The notes under the pieces: generated by a model | What the model saw: the letters and a program-made list of their open reading frames with translations, nothing else | Database searches by the model: none | Told to the model about the DNA's origin: nothing | Made by a program: the position numbers and the translations under genes | Assembly (NCBI GenBank): GCA_965223845.1 | Contig: CBDCXR010000004.1 | Coordinates: 1 to 64,000 of the forward strand | Length of the DNA stretch: 64,000 nucleotides | Direction: 5' to 3' | From: Planctomycetota bacterium | GTDB lineage: Bacteria > Planctomycetota > UBA8108 > SXIK01 | Shown here: positions 48,684-57,684 of the stretch, piece by piece | Position numbering within the stretch: the stretch's first letter is position 1 | Layout of the letters: each line of letters starts with the position of its first letter

Positions 48684-49496
48684 ATGACGGAGTCCCAGCG
48701 AGAAGTCGACCTGATCGATGCCCTCGTTCAGAGCGGTGTCGTCGCCGAGGCCCAGCTGAAGGCGGCCTACGACTACCAGCGCTCCCTCGGCGGAGAAATC
48801 CCCGAGATTCTAGTGAAGCTCGGAATGATCCGTCGCTCGAAGCTCGACGCCGTCGTCTCGGCGGTCGAATCCGGTTCCAGCGTCGACGGGCTCGGCTCGG
48901 ATTCTTCGGATCGACGCCTGGACCCCGGACAGATCGACTTCTCTGAGCTCAAGGTGCATCACCGTATCCTCGACAAGCTACCCGGGGAGCTCGTCGACGA
49001 GTTTCTTCTCGTCCTCTACTTCCCGCTCGCGAAGCTCGATTCGAGGCGGTTGATTCTCGGACACGGCCGCGAGGTGAGCGATGAGCTCGTCGAGGCCGCG
49101 CGGAAGAAACTAAACGTCGACATGTACTCGCTCGAGCTGCCGCCCGCGGTGGCGGCCTCGTCGCTGATCGAGTATCTGGACCGCGCGGGAAAACCCATCT
49201 CGGATGAGCTGCGATCGCTCGCCGCGTCGTCGGCATCGCCCCCGGCCTCCGAGGACGCTGCGACGGGGAGGCTCGACCCGTCGCCGACGCCCTCAACGGC
49301 GCTCGACGCGAGTGCCGACGAGTCCGAAGCCCCGTCCGGTTCACTCGCAGACTCCGACCCGGACGCGTTTTCGTTCGACGGGCAGGGCGAGATCGTCACC
49401 GTCGCGCTGATCCATCTGCTCGCGAAGAAGAAGCTGATCCGGCGCGAGGAGCTCGATGTCGAGGTCGAGCTAGAGCGACGCCGTCGTCGTCGCTAG
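48684..49496 (+). CDS. MshEN/T2SSE_N-domain protein without ATPase
   Basis: LVQSGVVAEAQLKAAYDYQRSLGGEIPEILVKLG, IDFSEL..ILDKLPGELV; C-terminal ALIHLLAKKKLIRREEL. Confidence 0.72.
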   Translation: MTESQREVDLIDALVQSGVVAEAQLKAAYDYQRSLGGEIPEILVKLGMIRRSKLDAVVSAVESGSSVDGLGSDSSDRRLDPGQIDFSELKVHHRILDKLPGELVDEFLLVLYFPLAKLDSRRLILGHGREVSDELVEAARKKLNVDMYSLELPPAVAASSLIEYLDRAGKPISDELRSLAASSASPPASEDAATGRLDPSPTPSTALDASADESEAPSGSLADSDPDAFSFDGQGEIVTVALIHLLAKKKLIRREELDVEVELERRRRRR

Positions 49497-49571
49497 TCGT
49501 CACACCGGCGAACCCGGTCGCGCACGTCGCGGCGAAGAGCGGGAAACCGGACGGTGAGTCCGGGTGGCGAC

Positions 49572-50099
49572 TCAGCCGCCGAACGACTCCAGCGCTCGCC
49601 GGAGGGCGATCCAAAGCGCGCAGCAACCCGCGAAGGTGAGGCCGACGACCGCGAGCCAGAGGACCAGCCGAACCCAGCGGCGGCTGCGGCGAAGTCGACG
49701 CGCGAGGAACGGCTCGCGCCGGAGCTCGGCGAGCGATCGGGCGACGCCGATCTCGAGACGATCGTCGAGAGCGGCATCGATCGACGCGAATCCGGTGGTG
49801 AGAGAGCGATCGAGAGCCGCGATCTGCATCGCGTGCTCGCGACACGACGGACACTCGGAGACGTGCTCGAGCGCCGAGGCGAGTCGTGCGGATTCCTCGG
49901 CCCGGTGACTCTCGGCGAGCGGAGGAGCTGGGCTTTCCTCGAATCCCAGGGCGTCCGCAGTGACGGCGTCGAGCTCGGTCTCCCCACGGAGCGAGGGTGC
50001 GTCGTCACTGACGCTGACGAGGGTGGCGCCATCGCTCGCCCAATGGGCGAGAAGCTCACCCTGGGCCCAATCGCACTTCGCGGCAGTTTCGTCCGTCAT
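49572..50099 (-). CDS. zf-HC2 anti-sigma factor with C-terminal TM helix
   Basis: LEHVSECPSC; hydrophobic C-terminus; downstream of the ECF gene. Confidence 0.75.
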   Translation of the reverse strand: MTDETAAKCDWAQGELLAHWASDGATLVSVSDDAPSLRGETELDAVTADALGFEESPAPPLAESHRAEESARLASALEHVSECPSCREHAMQIAALDRSLTTGFASIDAALDDRLEIGVARSLAELRREPFLARRLRRSRRWVRLVLWLAVVGLTFAGCCALWIALRRALESFGG

Positions 50100-50208
50100 C
50101 GGTCGCGCCCTCTCGGGCTGTAGGAGTCCTTCTCGAAGAAAGAGCGTCTCTCAGGAGTTTCGTCTGAAGTCGGTCGAGTCATTCGGAAACAGAAAACCAT
50201 CGGAACGA

Positions 50209-50814
50209 TCAGTCGGAGTCGGCGCGCACCGACTCCGGTGGTTGAGGGAGGGTTTCGCGCAGCTTGGCGAGCGCGCGGAAGAGTCGATTGCGAATGGTGC
50301 CCTCCGGTTCTCCGAGGTGCTGCGCCATGGCGCGTCCGTCCATTCCGTGGAGATACTTGAGCGTGATCACCTCGCGATAGCGTTCCGGGAGCCCGTCGAG
50401 GAGGCGGAGAACCTGCTCGAACTCTTCGCTGGTTTCGACCTCCTCGACGAAGCCGGGCCGCGACGCCCCGATCGCACCGGCGTCGGAAACCGCATCGATC
50501 GAAAGCATGGATTTACGGCCGCGCAGATGGTCGGTCGCGACGTTGCGAGCGATCTGAAGCAGCCAACCGAGAAACGCGGTGGGCTCGTTGAGCCGCCCGA
50601 GCGAGCGGAACGCTCGTTCGAACGTCTCTTGAGCCACGTCTTCGGCCTCGCGGAGATCACCGAGCTTCTGCAGCGCGAGTACGGTGAGCCCCTTCCAGTG
50701 CTTGCGAACGAGCCGTTCGTAAGCTTCTTCGACCGCTGCTCGAGTTCTGCTGGCACGGATTGTCTCGACGAGCCGGCCGTCTTCCAGGTGCTCAGCTCTG
50801 TCGCTCACCTTCAT
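50209..50814 (-). CDS. ECF sigma factor
   Basis: AYERLVRKH, EAEDVAQETF, FLGWLLQIARN, GTIRNRLFRA. Confidence 0.92.
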   Translation of the reverse strand: MKVSDRAEHLEDGRLVETIRASRTRAAVEEAYERLVRKHWKGLTVLALQKLGDLREAEDVAQETFERAFRSLGRLNEPTAFLGWLLQIARNVATDHLRGRKSMLSIDAVSDAGAIGASRPGFVEEVETSEEFEQVLRLLDGLPERYREVITLKYLHGMDGRAMAQHLGEPEGTIRNRLFRALAKLRETLPQPPESVRADSD

Positions 50815-51143
50815 GAATTCCCGTTCGTGTCGGGCTCGTCTCACCCGCGGACGGCCGCGAGGGGGAACCGTCTCAATTCTGGACACGGTCGGCGCCGGGC
50901 GCCTTCGCGCCAGAGCGCGAACATCCGGTCCACCCCCATCTTACGACGGATCCTCTGCCCTGCGCGTTGCGGTCGAGGAGGTCGCCGTCGTTTGACAGCG
51001 TCCGAGGAGCCACGTATTCTTCTTCGGCTCCGCGGGCGCGGAGGCGCGTAAATATTTATTCGGAAGGTGGTTGTGACGATCCCGAGCGTCGAATCCGGGG
51101 CCGCTCAACTGAAGAGAAACCGGCGACCGTGGAGGTCCCTCGC

Positions 51144-52061
51144 ATGACGGACGAACATCGAGATCAGCTTCGCGACGAGGCGAACCCTCACGAAGACGAC
51201 GAGGAGATGACCATCATCCTCGAGGACGAGGCGGGTAGCTTCTCCGACAGCGTGACGCAGACCGTCCCGGTCTTCGAGGAGAGCGAGGACACGGAAGAGG
51301 TGTTCGTGCTCCTCCCCGACGGAGACGCCGCGGACATTCCGCTCGCCGCCACCGAGGAGGTCGAGCTCACGCAACCGCTCGAGGGGAGCCCTCATCTCCA
51401 GACCGCTTTCGACGCAGCGACGGCGCCCTCCGCGGGCGCCGGACTCCGCCGGGACAATCCCGCCGAGTTCGGCGAGACCTCGCCGATGCAGACCGAGCAT
51501 CTCGAGTTCACCGTCGACGAGCCCACGGAAGCCTGCTTCGTCGCGGAGGAGCCGACCGATCCCGTCGGGCCTGGCGATCTCGAAAGCTTGGCGACTCAGG
51601 TCGCCGACGAGTTCATCGCCGACGATTCGTTCATCGCCGAAGACGGCGAGTACGACGATACCGAGGTCCACCAGACCTTCGAACCGGCGGACGAGGACGG
51701 CTTCGCCGCGACGCCGTCCCGTTCGCGGCGGAAGCGCGGTTCCTTTGCGAAAAGGTTCGCGCTCGTGGCGGCCGCGCTGGTCGTCGGTGTCGGGAGTGCG
51801 GTGTACTTCGTCCCGGAGTACTGCGGACCTCTCCCGGGATACGTTGATTCGGTCGCCGCGATGCTCGGCTTCGCGTCTGAAGACGACGCCGGCGGAACCG
51901 CGATCGTGGGTCCGGCGGTGCCGCCGCCGGTCGATGATCCGACGGTGGCCGTCGATCCCGTCGATCCCGATGAGAATCCAGCGGAGGTCGCGCTCGCGAC
52001 GTTCCGAAATCGTGTGCGCGATTCGATCGAGTGGGGCTTTCGCTCGAGCGATTCGCCCTAG
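51144..52061 (+). CDS. Highly acidic bitopic membrane protein
   Basis: GGAGG RBS; D/E-rich N-terminal region of about 190 aa, RSRRKR, TM helix, short C-terminus. Confidence 0.75.
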   Translation: MTDEHRDQLRDEANPHEDDEEMTIILEDEAGSFSDSVTQTVPVFEESEDTEEVFVLLPDGDAADIPLAATEEVELTQPLEGSPHLQTAFDAATAPSAGAGLRRDNPAEFGETSPMQTEHLEFTVDEPTEACFVAEEPTDPVGPGDLESLATQVADEFIADDSFIAEDGEYDDTEVHQTFEPADEDGFAATPSRSRRKRGSFAKRFALVAAALVVGVGSAVYFVPEYCGPLPGYVDSVAAMLGFASEDDAGGTAIVGPAVPPPVDDPTVAVDPVDPDENPAEVALATFRNRVRDSIEWGFRSSDSP

Positions 52062-52290
52062 GAGCTGCCCCCGGTTCTCACTCGGAACAACGAGCGTCGC
52101 ACGATCGACGCTCGTGTGACGTCGGTCTTCGTGTCGTTCCTTCGGATTCTTCGGCCCCGTTTTGACCGAGAAGACGAGGCGAGATTACGCCGAAGAAAGA
52201 GAAGGGACCGGGTCGAGCTCGATCCCGCGCTCGGCGCGAGCTCCCGCCTGAACGAGAACCGAGAGACTACGGGGACGAGGTGAACCAGAA

Positions 52291-53892
52291 ATGAACAAGA
52301 GATCCTTCGCTCTCTGCGCGCGAGTTGCTGTTGTTGCTGCGACCGCCGTCGGCGTAAGCCCGGCGCTCGAAGCCGGCAGCATCTTCATGAAGAACGGCTA
52401 CATCATTCAGGGCAACATCGTCGATCGCGACGAGGACGCGCTGATCCTGGGGTGGCCGAACGGCAAGGTCGCGATTGCGCACCGCTTTGTCGACTCGGTG
52501 ATCTACGAACCGGGCGAGGAGGAGCGTATCCAGAGGCTCGCGGAGGAGCGTCTCGCGAGTGCGGACGAGTCTGCGGAGACCGCGGAGCTGTCCGTTCTCT
52601 CGACGGAGGACGACACCGAGCTTCCGGCCAACCTCGAGAGCTTCATGCGCGAGTACAAGCTCGATCCGATTCGAAGCTTTACGCGCGAGGATCCGGAGCC
52701 GGATTCCGCGGTGGTGTCGATCGGCGGAGACGAGCTCGATCCCGAAGCCCACCTCGTTGAAGGTCCGCGGCTCGGAGAGCGACGTTCGTTCCCCCGGCTC
52801 GTCTGTACGGTTCAGCCGCCGCTCGGCTGGGAAGAGCGAGGGCAGGACGACTTCGTCGCGTTCTACGAGAGTGCGGACGACGCCGACGGCTTCCGGGCGA
52901 GCTTCAACATCGCTCGCGTCGAGCGGAACTCCGTTGAGCCCGGCGAGTTCGTCGAGCTCGTCAAGACCGAACAAGCGAGCCAGTTCACCGATTACGAGTT
53001 TCTCTTCGAATCGTCGGTCGAAGTCGGCGGCGAACCGGCCGTTCGCATCGCCGGCCGCGGCACTCACGGCGCGATCGCAGCGATGGTCGAGCAGACCGTC
53101 GTCGTGAAGGACGAGCACGTCTGGCTGGTCTCGGTCTTCACTCCCGTCGATGCTGACGAAGAGCGTACCGAGTCGGTGCGGAGTGCGCTGGACGCCGCGC
53201 TGGCGACCCTCGCGTTTGCGGACTCGGACGATGTCGAGACCTCCGAAGCGCCGGGCGACAACGAGTCGGAACTCGGAATCGATGACTCCTCTCCGTGGGG
53301 TGAGGTCGATTCGGGTTCGGACGCGGAGACGGAGTTCGGCGCGGGAAGCGACGAAGAGATGGTGACCGAGCCCGATTCCGTCGACTTCCCCGCGGACGAC
53401 GAGCAGCCGACCGAAGATTCCTCTCCGGCATCGCCCGAATCTTTCGAGATCGACCCCGTCACGGAAGACACCGAGGCGCCGATCGGAGAATTCGGGACCG
53501 AGCTCGAGGGCGAAGTCGAGCCCGCGGAACTGCCCGAGGTGGAGTTCGACAGCGAGACTCCTCCGGAAGTCTCCGGCGAGAGCGAATCGCTCCCCGAGGT
53601 CGAGTTCGATTTCGAGGGCGAGTCCGACGCTGCCGACGAAGATTCGTCTGTGGAGTTCGACTTCGAGAGCGAGTCCGACGCTGCCGACGAAGATTCGTCG
53701 ACAGAGCTCGAATTCGAGGTCGATGGGCCGCCCGAGCCCGCGGATTCCCCGGAGGTCGACTTCGACGCGAATGAGACGGAGTCGCTTCCCGAGGTCGAGA
53801 TCGAGTTCGACGACGCTTCCGAGTCGGTCGAGCTCCCCGAGGTCGAGTTCGAGCTCGAAGCGGCGGAGGCCGGATCCGGCTCCGCTGAGTAG
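52291..53892 (+). CDS. Secreted acidic protein: xKNG N-domain, PsbP/DcrB-like middle, EVEFD-repeat tail
   Basis: GAGGTG RBS; signal peptide ending LEA-G; SIFMKNGYIIQGNIV; PPLGWEE..FRASFNI; acidic repeats. Confidence 0.78.
   Translation: MNKRSFALCARVAVVAATAVGVSPALEAGSIFMKNGYIIQGNIVDRDEDALILGWPNGKVAIAHRFVDSVIYEPGEEERIQRLAEERLASADESAETAELSVLSTEDDTELPANLESFMREYKLDPIRSFTREDPEPDSAVVSIGGDELDPEAHLVEGPRLGERRSFPRLVCTVQPPLGWEERGQDDFVAFYESADDADGFRASFNIARVERNSVEPGEFVELVKTEQASQFTDYEFLFESSVEVGGEPAVRIAGRGTHGAIAAMVEQTVVVKDEHVWLVSVFTPVDADEERTESVRSALDAALATLAFADSDDVETSEAPGDNESELGIDDSSPWGEVDSGSDAETEFGAGSDEEMVTEPDSVDFPADDEQPTEDSSPASPESFEIDPVTEDTEAPIGEFGTELEGEVEPAELPEVEFDSETPPEVSGESESLPEVEFDFEGESDAADEDSSVEFDFESESDAADEDSSTELEFEVDGPPEPADSPEVDFDANETESLPEVEIEFDDASESVELPEVEFELEAAEAGSGSAE
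53599..53700 (+). repeat. 51-bp tandem duplication (VEFDFExESDAADEDSS x2)
   Basis: Near-identical copies starting at 53599 and 53650. Confidence 0.85.
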
Positions 53893-54237
53893 CGCGGTTC
53901 CCCGCAGAATTCGAGAAAGCACCGGGTGGTGCGTCCCGAGCGGACGGGCCACCCGGTTTTCGATGGCACCGCGGCGCGGGAATCGCCGCGCGGCTCGGAG
54001 AGCCAGGGAAGGCGATCATCCCGCCCTCCGACGGGCCGGACGCTGGCGGACTTCGAGACCCCGCGATTCCAGCGCGGCCTCGACATTCTCGATCGCCGGG
54101 CGGTCGCGAAGAGATTCGGGTCGGTCGCACCGCGGCGGCGCGGCCAAACTCGCGTTAAGGTTAATGACCGGGAGTGCCGATAAGTACCGGTGTCGACCGA
54201 TCTCTACCCGCTTCTCCGTGAGTTCCGCTCGCCCGCG

Positions 54238-54816
54238 ATGCGCACTTTTCCTCTCCTCGTCGCCGTCCTCATTTCCCTCGTCTTCGCGAACGGCTGCGCG
54301 CTCACGCGCTATCCGATCGACGCGTCGGCGGTCGAGCGCGCGCGGCACGGTCTGAGTCAGTCGGACGAGCGCGATCGGTACTACGCACTGGATGAGTGGG
54401 ACGACGACGATACGAAGGAGGAGCTTCCCGAGCGGGGCTCGGTGTTCGTCGGCGAGCTCCTCGCGATTTTTCCCGGCATGTTCGTCCATGGTCTCGGCCA
54501 TCTCTACGCTGGCGACAAGCAAACGTTTCGGCGGCTGAGCCGGATGGGCCAATTCGGATACTTGCTCCTCGGCGTCGGCGGCGGGACGATCGCCGGGGCG
54601 TATCTGATCGACGACAAGGAAGTCCTCGGCGACGACTTCAGCCAGCCGGTTGCCTACGGCCTCTACGCGACCGGCGGCGCGGCCGCCGGTGGGGGGCTCG
54701 TCTACTTTCTCTCCGCGTGGATCTACGACATCGTGGACACCCCTCGCGCCGTCCGCTCCCGCGGGCGGCCGCCGGCGCGGACTCCGTTCGTTGATTCACT
54801 CGACGTCTTCGACTAA
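54238..54816 (+). CDS. Hypothetical lipoprotein/membrane protein
   Basis: Lipobox-like FANG-C; FPG..HGLGHLYAG (TM2-like); Gly-rich TM segments. Confidence 0.7.
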   Translation: MRTFPLLVAVLISLVFANGCALTRYPIDASAVERARHGLSQSDERDRYYALDEWDDDDTKEELPERGSVFVGELLAIFPGMFVHGLGHLYAGDKQTFRRLSRMGQFGYLLLGVGGGTIAGAYLIDDKEVLGDDFSQPVAYGLYATGGAAAGGGLVYFLSAWIYDIVDTPRAVRSRGRPPARTPFVDSLDVFD

Positions 54817-55489
54817 CGGGCAGTCGGCGCGAACTCGACACCGTCGGGCAAGCGGGCCGGATGCACTCGCCCACCGCACTTGCGGAGTGGGCCGTGTTCG
54901 CACTCCGAATCCGGTGCGGAACGCAGGGTTCGCATCGCTCGCGATCCCCTCGAATTCCCCGCTCGGAAGAGCCCGGCGACCGGGCCGCCACGAGCGAGAA
55001 TTCCGGCCACTCCGGCCGGGGAATCCCGTACAATCGCTCCCGGTCTCGGGGGGCCGCCCCCTCAACCGCGGGTAACGGGTTAGGCTCCAGCTAGGTTTCT
55101 CCCCGATGTTCGGGTCTCGGCTCGTCCGGACGTGATCGAACACGCTCCGGATCGCCGCGCATTGGCTTCGCTACGGCGAATCGTGCGCGTGAGGTCGTTG
55201 GCTCTGCGGAGGGAAGAGTCCTCGCTGCATCGACTCGCGAAGCCTTCCACCGGTCGAATCCCTGTTGACCCAAGATTCCGGAGCGCCGACGCCGCGCTGA
55301 ACGAGCGCCGTCTCCTCGCCCCCGTGGCGGGCAACCGGCGTGGTCGAACGCGGAAACGCCGCTGGCTCCGGTCTCAACCTCTTCCGATTCCTCCGGCCGA
55401 TCCGTTCCCAATCACTAGAGTTCGCCGGCGGGTGCATCTACGCCTGCCGCGCGCGACGCACGAAACAGCCCCGTCAGACGAGGAGAGTC

Positions 55490-57643
55490 ATGGGGTCGAA
55501 TCGAGCGCGTGCCTCGAGCCGAGCGGCCGAGACGCGACGAAGGGAGACATCGCTCGTGAGTGCCCCGCGACAGAGCGGGGACGCTCAGCTAGCTTCCGAG
55601 GAAGCGCGAAGCACTTGCTCGAGAGCTAGCATCGTTCGGGGATGGAGCGCGTGCGCTCTCGCGCTCTCGTTCGCCGGCGCGGTCGCGACGGCCGCGGAGG
55701 AGTCGTGCGCCGGAGAGACCTGGCGATCGCGGCCCCTAGCGGCGGTCGCCGCGACCGAGCTCGCCCTTTCCGTCGATGCCGGCGGGAATCTGCACGCCGC
55801 TCTCACGGACGGCGAGGGGCTCGACGGAAAGCTCGTCGGACCGAGCAGCGGTCACGACTGGAGCCTCGCCGAGAGCGATGCCGTCTCGGCGCCGGCGCTC
55901 GTATCCGGCGCGCTCGGACGGACCCATCTCGCGTATTGTCGCGGTGCGGTCGGCGAAGGGCGGATCGTCGTGGCCTCGAACGCGGGTGGCTCCTTTCGCG
56001 AGGTGAGCGTGCTCGCCGCACCGGCGGGCGCGGACGATCGCGCGCCGGTCGTTCGCGTCGATGAACGCGGAACGCTCCACGTCGCATGGGAGCGAACGCT
56101 CGTCGACGGCACCGTCGAAGTTTGGCGCTGGGACTCGGCGACGGAAACGAATCGGCGGTTCGTCGAAGGCACGCGTCCGGCGTTCGCGTTCGACGAGCGG
56201 GGGCGCGGCCATTTCGTTTGGTTTCGCGGCGCGTCGATCGTTTACGCGCCGTCGTCCTCGCCCGCGGCGGACGAGGGCGAGGAGATCGTCGTCGACGCGA
56301 CCGTCGACCCCGGTCGCGCAGACATTGCCGTCGACGCAACCGACTCGATCGCGATCGGATACCGGAGCGGAGATGCGCTCTTCCTCGCGGTGCGCGACCC
56401 GGAGACGGGGGAGTTGGATCCCGAGCTGCTCGTTCCGGATGGAGTCGAGTGGTTCGCGCTGCGGACGTCGCGGGGAAGGGTCGTCGTCGCCTATCTGCGC
56501 GCGGGTGAGCTGCGCCTTTACGACGGCGAGTTCGGCGACCGGCGCGCGGAATTCGGCGGTGGCGGGATGACCGCTGCGGTGGCGGTCGACGGGACCGGTG
56601 GGGTTCACGCGCTCGTCACGAGGGACGACGAGATCCGCTACGGGACGAATGCGTGCGCGCCTCGCGCCGAGTTCTCGGCGGAGAGCATCTCGGGCTCGGC
56701 GCCGTTCGAAGTCGCGTTCAGCGCGGAGGCGAGCCCGGCCGTCGCGAGGTACGAATGGGACTTCGGGGACGGGAGCACCGGTTCGGGCGCGAGCCCCCGG
56801 CACGTCTACCGCGAGCCGGGGACGTACGACGTCGAGCTGCGCGTCTTCGGAATCGGCGGCAGTAAGGACACCCGTCGCCGCGGAGGTTACATCTCCGTCG
56901 ACCGTGCCCCGTTCCTCGTCTCGATCCCGTCTCAGATCGTCGCGCCCGGAGAGGAAGACATCTGGGTGCCGATCGAAGCCGATCACGCTGAGCCGATCCA
57001 GGGATTTCAGCTCGGCATCGAATTCGATCCCGCGGTGCTCATCTTCCGGTCCACCGATCTTCGCTACACCCGCGTCCAGAAGCTCGAGCCGGAGTTCTAC
57101 GCCGCCGAGGTCGTCGACGGACGGGTCCGGATCGGCTGCATCTTCGACTGGAGTCTCCCTTTCGACGGGCGCGAGCTAGCCGCGGGCGTGGGCCATCGTC
57201 TCGACCATCTCCGCTTCGACGTTCGGCCGGAGGTGCTGCCGGGCTCGACCACCGAAATCGCCTTTCTTCCGAACACGCCCGGTGTCGCCGAAAACGTGTT
57301 CGCCATCGAGAACGGGCTCTCCGTGCAGCCGGAACTCGGCCCGAGCTCGATTCGTTTCGTCGACGCTGACGCTTCGCCATCATTCCTTCGCGGCGATGCG
57401 GACTTGAGCGGCCGCGTCAACCTCAACGACGCGATCGTCATTCTCAAGTACCTCTTCGCGGGCGGTTTGACGCCGGACTGTCTCGACGCGTACGACGTAA
57501 ATGACGCCGGCGTCGTCGACGTCAGCTCGGCCATCAGCGTGCTCAACTTCTTGTTCTTGGGTCGAAACGCACCGCGCATGCCCTTTCCCCGTGCGGGGCG
57601 CGATCCGACGGATGATTCATTGGGGGAGTGTCGAACGCGGTAG
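55490..57643 (+). CDS. Secreted propeller-like + PKD + cohesin-like + dockerin protein
   Basis: AGGAG RBS; YEWDFGDG..PRHVYREPGTYDV (PKD); IQGFQLGIEFDP; FLRGDADLSG. Confidence 0.85.
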   Translation: MGSNRARASSRAAETRRRETSLVSAPRQSGDAQLASEEARSTCSRASIVRGWSACALALSFAGAVATAAEESCAGETWRSRPLAAVAATELALSVDAGGNLHAALTDGEGLDGKLVGPSSGHDWSLAESDAVSAPALVSGALGRTHLAYCRGAVGEGRIVVASNAGGSFREVSVLAAPAGADDRAPVVRVDERGTLHVAWERTLVDGTVEVWRWDSATETNRRFVEGTRPAFAFDERGRGHFVWFRGASIVYAPSSSPAADEGEEIVVDATVDPGRADIAVDATDSIAIGYRSGDALFLAVRDPETGELDPELLVPDGVEWFALRTSRGRVVVAYLRAGELRLYDGEFGDRRAEFGGGGMTAAVAVDGTGGVHALVTRDDEIRYGTNACAPRAEFSAESISGSAPFEVAFSAEASPAVARYEWDFGDGSTGSGASPRHVYREPGTYDVELRVFGIGGSKDTRRRGGYISVDRAPFLVSIPSQIVAPGEEDIWVPIEADHAEPIQGFQLGIEFDPAVLIFRSTDLRYTRVQKLEPEFYAAEVVDGRVRIGCIFDWSLPFDGRELAAGVGHRLDHLRFDVRPEVLPGSTTEIAFLPNTPGVAENVFAIENGLSVQPELGPSSIRFVDADASPSFLRGDADLSGRVNLNDAIVILKYLFAGGLTPDCLDAYDVNDAGVVDVSSAISVLNFLFLGRNAPRMPFPRAGRDPTDDSLGECRTR

Positions 57644-57684
57644 CTCGCGCGGCTCGCGATCGACGCAGCTAGGAGAAACACCGG

